The position numbers and the translations under genes were made by a program. Positions 57,394 through 64,000 of a stretch of 64,000 nt of DNA are shown piece by piece. Within the stretch, counting starts at the first letter, position 1; every line of letters starts with the position of its first letter. The stretch comes from a virus (lineage: Duplodnaviria; Caudoviricetes), in the IMG/VR virus record IMGVR_UViG_3300025018_000141, positions 1 to 64,000 of that record. One strand, 5' to 3'. The notes under the pieces were generated by a model, which saw nothing but the letters and a program-made list of their open reading frames with translations, did not search any database and was not told the DNA's origin.

Positions 57394-58635
57394 TCAGCTT
57401 TTATTCATAAAAGGAATAACTTCCCCAAATGGAACACTGTATTCGGGTTTTTGTGTGGTAATACCAGAATGTACTAACCAGAAAACAGGATATGACGGAG
57501 CTTCATCTGGAAAACTTCCATCAGTATCGGTAAAATAGAATAAAGCCCTTGGATGTACTCTTCTAGACTCAATTTCATCAAAAACAGGCTCAAATGCAGT
57601 ACCCCCACCACCATTAAATTTCATATCTTCAAAAGACATGGTGCTATCTATCTCTTGGAATTCATGTATTTGACTATCACACACGACAGACCAACCTCTC
57701 AAGTTTGGAAATCCATTTAAAAGGTTGAGCGTTTCTTGATAAAAAGATTTCAAATATTCATCTTGAATCGATCCCGACGTATCATATGCAAATACAACAT
57801 CTTTTAAATTATCAACAGAATATGTTCCAGGAAATAAAAAGTCTCCATCTAAAAATCGCCTGTCTGGTTGGTAAAAAGAATAATCATTTACATCTTCTGA
57901 AAGTATTGAAGAAATAATACTATTCCAGTCCAATGAGGGAATATAGTGAGAATCTCTAATTATTCTTTGTAGATTTGAAGGAAGGTTTCCATAATGTTTT
58001 GATATAACTTCTTCAAATGCGCGCTCCCAACTCTCCTCGACATTACTTTTTTCTTTTGGGCTCATTTGTTTTTTCTTTCCAAATATTTTTTTAAGAATAT
58101 TTGTTTCTTTTTTACTCTGACCTTCCCATGGGTCTTTTTCACACCACGACTGTTCTCCGTCTCCTTTTTCATCAGATTTTTCATCTTTGCCCTTTCCTCC
58201 CTTTTCCTTGCCACTATTTTTCGGAAGTCTGTCGTATATTTGTTCAGCCGACATTCCCTTATATTTTTTATTTAAAAGAGAACCCTTTGGAAGAGGAAAT
58301 GTTTCAACGACGGTTGTATTTATCGCATAATCTGTCGCAATATTCCATTTACTAAAATCTCTTTTTCCTATTCTCCATAAATGATTCATCGCGCAGTGAA
58401 GTACTTCATGAAAGAAAACGCCACACAGTTCTTCATCACTTAATGTGTCTGTAAATTTATGGTTGAACAAAATAGTTTTACCATCAGTACATAATGTGCT
58501 AGTCTCAGAGCTTTCTTTTAAATCTAGTTTATATACGAGAGAAGAGAGGAAGGGTTCCCGATCTGTCATTACTTCTCTTATTCTTTTAAATCTATCTATT
58601 GGTGTTTCCATTTCCACCTCCTCCACCATAGCCAT
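57394..58635 (-). CDS. DUF2201-like metallopeptidase + vWA protein
   Basis: TLCTDG, FFHEVLHC, YDTSGSI MIDAS, GGGT, YFTDTDG. Confidence 0.88.
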   Translation of the reverse strand: MAMVEEVEMETPIDRFKRIREVMTDREPFLSSLVYKLDLKESSETSTLCTDGKTILFNHKFTDTLSDEELCGVFFHEVLHCAMNHLWRIGKRDFSKWNIATDYAINTTVVETFPLPKGSLLNKKYKGMSAEQIYDRLPKNSGKEKGGKGKDEKSDEKGDGEQSWCEKDPWEGQSKKETNILKKIFGKKKQMSPKEKSNVEESWERAFEEVISKHYGNLPSNLQRIIRDSHYIPSLDWNSIISSILSEDVNDYSFYQPDRRFLDGDFLFPGTYSVDNLKDVVFAYDTSGSIQDEYLKSFYQETLNLLNGFPNLRGWSVVCDSQIHEFQEIDSTMSFEDMKFNGGGGTAFEPVFDEIESRRVHPRALFYFTDTDGSFPDEAPSYPVFWLVHSGITTQKPEYSVPFGEVIPFMNKS

Positions 58636-59659
58636 AAGGGCCAGTGATTACAGAGGTTTCGCCAAACTTCTCTGCTATTCTTTTTTTATTCTCTTCTATA
58701 AATTCCACCATCGCCTCTCTTTCCTCCTCTGTCAAGGCGTCGGAAAATGTATCCCTAATTTTATCCGATACTATGTTTTTTTTCAGATGTGTAAATATCG
58801 CAGTTATGGTAGCAAGTCTCATGGCTTGGCCAGATGGCAGACTTAATTTCCCAGTATCTAAAAAAGTTGTTACTATTTGATCAACTCTTTGGATATTATA
58901 TTTTTCAAGATAATTTATAAATTCTTTTGCTGTGCCCATACCGATTGTTCCTTGTATTATTTTTTCTAAATAGAATGTTATTTTTGTTCCATTTTTGTAT
59001 CCATGTGCATTTAATAGTTCAGATAAAAACTCCCAAGATCTGGGCGATGGGAATGATTTTTCTTTTTCCCTTGGCATATCGAGAAGAAGTTTTGGTCTTG
59101 AAAACAAAAAATTCATAACCTCTGGTCGAATATTATTCTTTTTTGCCCATATGGCCCATGTATCAAAATCCTTATCAACTGTGAAATGAATAAATCTATT
59201 TGCAAGCGGAGCAGAAATTCTATATACGTTTGCCTGATCTATTTCTCGATTGCCTGCTGCAATTATTTTCCAATGTTTTGGAAATGTATATTCTCCTAAT
59301 CTTTTATCTAAAATAAGCTGGTAGGCTGCGGCTTGAACCATCTGGGGAGCAAGGTTTATTTCATCGAGAAACAAAACACCAGTTCTTTTAGAAGATGGAG
59401 ATGGTAAAAATGACGGAGATAGCCATCTGGCTAATTCCTTTTTTTTATCAAGCATTGGGAGACCGCGTAGATCGACTGGATTTAAAAGTGATAGGCGCAA
59501 ATCGATTATATCCCAATCATTCTTTTCACATATTTGTCTTACGGCTGAAGATTTTCCAACACCAGGAGGTCCCCAGAGAAATGGAACAATGTCTGTTTTA
59601 AATACCGACTCTAGTATATTCTTCAGATCCTCTATTGAAACGGGTTGTGTATTGTCCAT
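58592..59659 (-). CDS. MoxR-type AAA+ ATPase
   Basis: WGPPGVGKS, DLRGLP, LFLDEIN, AAGN, LANRF; ATG 59659 fits packing. Confidence 0.92.
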   Translation of the reverse strand: MDNTQPVSIEDLKNILESVFKTDIVPFLWGPPGVGKSSAVRQICEKNDWDIIDLRLSLLNPVDLRGLPMLDKKKELARWLSPSFLPSPSSKRTGVLFLDEINLAPQMVQAAAYQLILDKRLGEYTFPKHWKIIAAGNREIDQANVYRISAPLANRFIHFTVDKDFDTWAIWAKKNNIRPEVMNFLFSRPKLLLDMPREKEKSFPSPRSWEFLSELLNAHGYKNGTKITFYLEKIIQGTIGMGTAKEFINYLEKYNIQRVDQIVTTFLDTGKLSLPSGQAMRLATITAIFTHLKKNIVSDKIRDTFSDALTEEEREAMVEFIEENKKRIAEKFGETSVITGPYGYGGGGGNGNTNR

Positions 59660-59660
59660 T

Positions 59661-60101
59661 TTATTTCTGTTGGTAAGAAATATTAATAAGAAGGTCGTCC
59701 CAATCCTTGGGTAGGCACCAAGGAAAACGATTATTGAATGGTAATACTTCAAATTTTCTTTCTTTCCGCTCACTCCTCTTCCATAATTCTTTTGGCTCTA
59801 TCATTCCAATGTATTCTTTTTCAATAAACCCTTCGTCAGCTTGCGATATAGTACTCATCACTATGGGAAAGGGATAGAGCGCAAACGCCCAAGTTTTCAT
59901 TGTTTTTATATCGCGATTGCTAAGTCCTGTCATTCCGTCTGGGTGTACGTGTGCAAGTTTGTATACTATTCCTGGACTTAATTTATGCAGACTCCAAATA
60001 AGTTCTTCAGGGAAATCGACGTGCCCTGGAAATCCTTCAATAAGAGCAAGTAGTTTATCTTGAGGAGAAATAATTGCCCCAGATTCTTTTATAAATATCA
60101 T
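59661..60101 (-). CDS. JAB/MPN-like metalloprotease #2
   Basis: IKESG...LAHVHPDGMTGLSNRD (HxH-x7-S-xx-D). Confidence 0.7.
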   Translation of the reverse strand: MIFIKESGAIISPQDKLLALIEGFPGHVDFPEELIWSLHKLSPGIVYKLAHVHPDGMTGLSNRDIKTMKTWAFALYPFPIVMSTISQADEGFIEKEYIGMIEPKELWKRSERKERKFEVLPFNNRFPWCLPKDWDDLLINISYQQK

Positions 60102-60107
60102 ATTTAT

Positions 60108-60136
60108 ACTATACTATACTTTTCTATAATTATCAA
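60108..60136 (-). promoter_or_regulatory. Promoter for leaderless JAB2-AAA-vWA mRNA
   Basis: TTGATA-17-TATAGT-6 nt-ATG. Confidence 0.7.
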
Positions 60137-60139
60137 GTA

Positions 60140-60976
60140 TTATTCTCGAGTAATATATAATGGTTCGTCCTCTTGAAATAGTTTTGCTAAATTTACAATA
60201 GAGTTTAGACTATGATCTTTGTCATACCCAGACAGACAAAATCCAGCATTTATTAGTCGTAAATCTTTCTTAATCACACTTTTTACCAATTGTCCTCCGA
60301 TCTTCCACTCAACTAAATAATTTTCTCCTACGAGGTGATGCCGTAAAAACTTCCCACCCGCCGAGATGATAGAACTGCGGATGATATCTCCCACTTCCAA
60401 CTTGATGAGTTTTTGAAGCGCGACTTCTCTATCTTTCGAGATGACATAGCCGTCTCTAATTGGTTTAAAAGCTTGTAAAAATCCTTTTTGCAACTGAAGG
60501 AGCAAAAAGTAATATCTAAGTTCGGGAGTAATTCCCTGCAACCCAGACAATGATTTATTCTCGTCATAATATCCCCTTAACTCTTTTAGAATTTTTGGTG
60601 ATGAAACAGTGTCGTGATAATAATAATTTCCATCTTCCCATTTTATAAAAGAAATAAATGAGAATAAATTTTCATTTAGAAATTGCACAGTTACTGTTTC
60701 CTGTTCTCCTAACCTTTTAATTATTTCAAAATTATTAGGGATAACTTCTGTCCCTATTGGATATCCAGTAAATCGGGGAAAATTACTTTTATTAATAGTT
60801 TTTTCAATTTCTAGGGGAGTTGCTGATCGAATTTTCTTTATTTTTGATGAAATCTCAAATAGATACCAACCATTTTCAACATTATGTTTAATTTTTCTTC
60901 CATCTATTATCCCTCGTTGATTTATTATTGGAAAAATTTTATCTTTTTTAGACGTAAATTCTTTAAAATCTATCAC
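60140..60976 (-). CDS. Hypothetical protein
   Basis: 278 aa; conserved-looking C-terminus INAGFCLSGYD. Confidence 0.7.
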   Translation of the reverse strand: MIDFKEFTSKKDKIFPIINQRGIIDGRKIKHNVENGWYLFEISSKIKKIRSATPLEIEKTINKSNFPRFTGYPIGTEVIPNNFEIIKRLGEQETVTVQFLNENLFSFISFIKWEDGNYYYHDTVSSPKILKELRGYYDENKSLSGLQGITPELRYYFLLLQLQKGFLQAFKPIRDGYVISKDREVALQKLIKLEVGDIIRSSIISAGGKFLRHHLVGENYLVEWKIGGQLVKSVIKKDLRLINAGFCLSGYDKDHSLNSIVNLAKLFQEDEPLYITRE

Positions 60977-61299
60977 GCATCCTCCTCTTTTGGAGAACTC
61001 ATATCTAAAGAATCTAACAAAATGGAAAATTCATTATTCATTTCATTTTGCACGTCATCAACCCTATAAACATTAACAGGATTACCACCCTCATCATGGG
61101 TATGGGTTTTCAATGGTTGAACAGATCTATTTATTATATTTATTTTTTGTCTGAGTTGATACATGCTTTCTATTAAAGCCTGAAATTTTTCATTAACTTC
61201 CATTTCGCTCCATTTTGGTCTAGTTTCTACCAGTCCATTTTGTCCTTTTACCCATGGCCCCTGAGTGTTACCTGCATAAGGGGCAATATTTGTTGACAT
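60973..61299 (-). CDS. Hypothetical protein
   Basis: 108 aa, overlaps next start. Confidence 0.6.
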   Translation of the reverse strand: MSTNIAPYAGNTQGPWVKGQNGLVETRPKWSEMEVNEKFQALIESMYQLRQKINIINRSVQPLKTHTHDEGGNPVNVYRVDDVQNEMNNEFSILLDSLDMSSPKEEDA

Positions 61300-61309
61300 A
61301 ATTATAAAA

Positions 61310-61753
61310 TTAATTTAATAACTCCCATTTATTTTTAAATTCTAAAAGTGGATTTCTGTTTTTTCTTGCCCCCATTCCTTTTCTTTTTGGATTAAGAGAA
61401 ATTGAAATATGAACTTTGTTAGGCAGCTGTTCTTTTGGTAAGATGATACATTCAGAATCATCAATTCCCCAAAAAATAAAAAAATCTGGTAGGCGATACT
61501 GACCTGTAAATTTTCCCTCAGAGATGTTTTTCAGCAACTTCATATAAGAATCCATCTGAAAATAATAAACATCTTTTCTCTTAGTTGCTTTATTAGAAGT
61601 TTTTACTTGAACGGTTTTGCCATTTTCAAGTAAAATATCTACTCCATCATCATAAGCAAAAATTGCAGGATTGTGCCCCCTTAACAGAAGTTCAGACATA
61701 ACCCGATATACTCCTGCTTGTCCAACAGCATTTTTTGTAGGTTTGATTACCAT
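61310..61753 (-). CDS. PD-(D/E)XK endonuclease (group I intron-type family)
   Basis: GQAGVYRVMSELLLRG, GVDIL..VQVKTS. Confidence 0.8.
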   Translation of the reverse strand: MVIKPTKNAVGQAGVYRVMSELLLRGHNPAIFAYDDGVDILLENGKTVQVKTSNKATKRKDVYYFQMDSYMKLLKNISEGKFTGQYRLPDFFIFWGIDDSECIILPKEQLPNKVHISISLNPKRKGMGARKNRNPLLEFKNKWELLN

Positions 61754-61787
61754 ATATCTATCAGGTAATCAAACTAAATCTACTTTG

Positions 61788-63368
61788 TCAACTTGCTTTT
61801 ACTAACATATAATAATCTGGCAACTTAAGAAGTTCTGTTCCCATAATTTCATCTACAATAGCTAATGGCCCAACGAGAGCCTGTTTTATTGCGCTCACAA
61901 CAAGTGCAGATTCGGTTAATGCTTCTGGCTTCATAACAACAACTGGTATTCCATTGTCTTCATAAGCTTTTTGAACTATGTCTTCTATACCCCATTCTGA
62001 TGAACCAACGTTTATAATAACACACGCGCGTGGCTTTGGAAAATTTTTTACCTCATGGTATCTTTTGATTTTTGAGGCAAGATTTCCATCCGTGTGTCCT
62101 TGATCGGTTACAAATATATCTACGTCAGATCCATACTCGCGAGCAAGGGGATAAAGAGCAAAACAGTTTGTAGATCCGCCATCACGGGCACCAAATAATA
62201 CTTGTGCAAATGCATCTTTTTCAAATTTTGTAGGAATTGCAAGTTCTTGTCCGCTTGATCCAAACATACCCCATTTGAAATTATCTTCTGGATTTGTTAT
62301 ACATTCTGCAAATATTGCCCCTTTTTCTATTGCAATTTCTCGAACTCCCTGCATCGAACCAGAATCATCAAGGTGGAGAAAAATTTTCCCAATGTCACCA
62401 AGCTCTTCTTTTCTACTTTGTGCTTTTGCTTCTTTCATTACACCCGCCACTTCTTTTGATGCGGTCTTAGTAAGGGTGTCAACTCTATCTAGTGCGGTTT
62501 TGGCTCCTGATATTTTCTCTTTAAATAGTGCCATAACTTCTTTGTTTTTTAAAAGTCCAAGATCTTCAAAGGTTTTTCTCAAAATAACTACCTGATTCCC
62601 TTCTGCCTGCTCGAGAATAGCGACTGCAATAACAGGTGTCATTTTTTCTCTAAGAGACCCCAAAACAGGAAGAATCGGTAGGTTTTCTTTTCGTATTTTT
62701 TCCGCAACTTCTATATCGGTTAAACCAGTAAAGTCAAATTGAGACTCTTTTAGCTCTATTTTTCGACCAACCTGTTCCCATCTAAGGATTCCAGCGGCTT
62801 GATCTGATGGGGTCATTCTTAAACCTCTATAGATATTTTTGTGTATTTCCTTCATTCCAGATTTTACAATTCCCTCTAGAATAAAAGGATTATTTTCTCT
62901 ATACCAAACATATTTTTTGAAGGCAAGTTTTAGAGCACGTGTAAAATGACTAGCTTCGTTATAGTATCCTTCAACTCCAAATTTAAGTTTAGCAAAATCT
63001 AATACTCGAAGAGCATTTTTTGGATCAAGTAAATGAAGAGCGGATGAGCCAATATATCTGAGATTTGGTTTTTTGAATTCAGATCCTGGAGAAAATGGTG
63101 TACCGTTTGCAGCAGACAGCGATGAAGCAAAAGCTGATACAACCTTTAAATCTTTTGATTTTGTCTTTTTAGCTATATATGATGTGAGATGTGCAAGAAA
63201 ATATGGATCTACCTGCCCGAGTCGTATTAATTCCTTAACAACAGGAAGAGCCTTTTCAATTTGAAGTTTGTTTTTAGAATAAAGATGATGACAGCCATCT
63301 ACTAATAATTGATATGCTTTTAGTCTTTCTTCTGATGGTAAAAATGGAAGTGTTTCTTTTTTTGACAT
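61788..63368 (-). CDS. TROVE-like helical domain + vWA protein
   Basis: DPYFLAHLTSY in helical N-terminus; HLDDSGSM MIDAS, GGST, FVTD; ATG 63368 preferred. Confidence 0.7.
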   Translation of the reverse strand: MSKKETLPFLPSEERLKAYQLLVDGCHHLYSKNKLQIEKALPVVKELIRLGQVDPYFLAHLTSYIAKKTKSKDLKVVSAFASSLSAANGTPFSPGSEFKKPNLRYIGSSALHLLDPKNALRVLDFAKLKFGVEGYYNEASHFTRALKLAFKKYVWYRENNPFILEGIVKSGMKEIHKNIYRGLRMTPSDQAAGILRWEQVGRKIELKESQFDFTGLTDIEVAEKIRKENLPILPVLGSLREKMTPVIAVAILEQAEGNQVVILRKTFEDLGLLKNKEVMALFKEKISGAKTALDRVDTLTKTASKEVAGVMKEAKAQSRKEELGDIGKIFLHLDDSGSMQGVREIAIEKGAIFAECITNPEDNFKWGMFGSSGQELAIPTKFEKDAFAQVLFGARDGGSTNCFALYPLAREYGSDVDIFVTDQGHTDGNLASKIKRYHEVKNFPKPRACVIINVGSSEWGIEDIVQKAYEDNGIPVVVMKPEALTESALVVSAIKQALVGPLAIVDEIMGTELLKLPDYYMLVKAS

Positions 63369-63446
63369 ATATATTTTTTTCGAAATCGCTATGTATGGAT
63401 GGTAATTACTAATCACAATAATTACCACCACACGTCGTCCCCATAC

Positions 63447-64000
63447 CTAGCGACTTCGGATATTTATAACTCGTTTACTTTTTAAATCTTCTAAACTGTT
63501 TACTATATTATTGTTTGCATTTCTTACCTGATCGGAAATATTTTTACTTCTATTTTTATATGTAGATGAATTAATCCAATCACTATAATAAAGACTACCT
63601 CTTAGTTTGTTGCACTTACTACATGCGGTAAGTAAGTTTTCTAGAATTGTTGCCCCGCCATCCTCCCAAATATCGATGTGATCAAGAGTTAAAGGAATTC
63701 CATCCCGATAGCAATACTGACAATGATAATTCGCATCCTTGAAACAAGCCCACTGCATTTGACCGTCTATTTGCCGCTGGGACTTTCGAATGATTGCCTT
63801 AGTTATTCCTTCTGGACCTTTTTGTAAAATTTCAGTTTCTAATAAATCTGTTTGTCGGATCATCTTTTTCCAATCATCTAAATCCATATCAAGGACAGTT
63901 AGATTATTAAGATCATCCTCATTATTATCAGGAAAAAAAGCCAAAAAAGACTCTTCTCTTCCACGCCAGATAGTGCCTACTAGATTAATTTCATTGCCCA
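63447..64000 (-). CDS. HNH-domain protein, 5'-truncated by window edge
   Basis: CQYCY..LTLDHI..NLLTACSKCN; frame stays open to base 64000. Confidence 0.8.
   Translation of the reverse strand, partial: GNEINLVGTIWRGREESFLAFFPDNNEDDLNNLTVLDMDLDDWKKMIRQTDLLETEILQKGPEGITKAIIRKSQRQIDGQMQWACFKDANYHCQYCYRDGIPLTLDHIDIWEDGGATILENLLTACSKCNKLRGSLYYSDWINSSTYKNRSKNISDQVRNANNNIVNSLEDLKSKRVINIRSR

Noticed and set aside
1-64000. CRISPR array
   Set aside because: No regularly spaced direct repeats seen
1-64000. Alternative genetic code (stop reassignment)
   Set aside because: Long ORFs tile densely under code 11, TGA/TAG/TAA all act as stops, and no suppressor tRNA is present
1-64000. Prophage status or specific host assignment
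   Set aside because: No integrase, att site or host flank in the window; sequence alone does not identify the host

Overview
This window is most of a low-GC tailed dsDNA phage genome with podovirus-like architecture: no tape measure or tail tube, but portal, adaptor, nozzle and large ejection proteins. No integrase is visible and the host cannot be determined from the sequence. On the + strand it carries a small terminase, a large terminase split in two by a free-standing HNH gene, a portal, a scaffold, and a major capsid gene cut into three exons (one only 33 nt) by two group I introns. An ~18 kb glycosylation island of ~20 glycosyltransferase, methyltransferase and NDP-sugar genes follows, led by a TPR-GT2-GT4 protein with an intein. 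Further + strand genes are tail and lysis genes, ejection proteins, eight tRNAs (including Ile-UAU), a RecA-like recombinase, an HD hydrolase and a resolvase. On the - strand are an Acb2/Tad1-like small protein, RusA, an SSB, and the most striking element: a phage-encoded ubiquitin-like conjugation operon (E1/ThiF, Ubl ending GGGK, E2-like, JAB, second E1/ThiF). Directly upstream of it lie a vWA-metallopeptidase, a MoxR AAA+ ATPase, a second JAB and a TROVE-like/vWA protein. Late + strand operons share TTGACAAA promoters, mostly with an 18-bp spacer, followed by leader terminators; two of these leaders carry a covarying mini-hairpin. About ten homing or other endonuclease genes are scattered throughout, many expressed as leaderless mRNAs. 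All family assignments come from motif recognition only; no searches were run.
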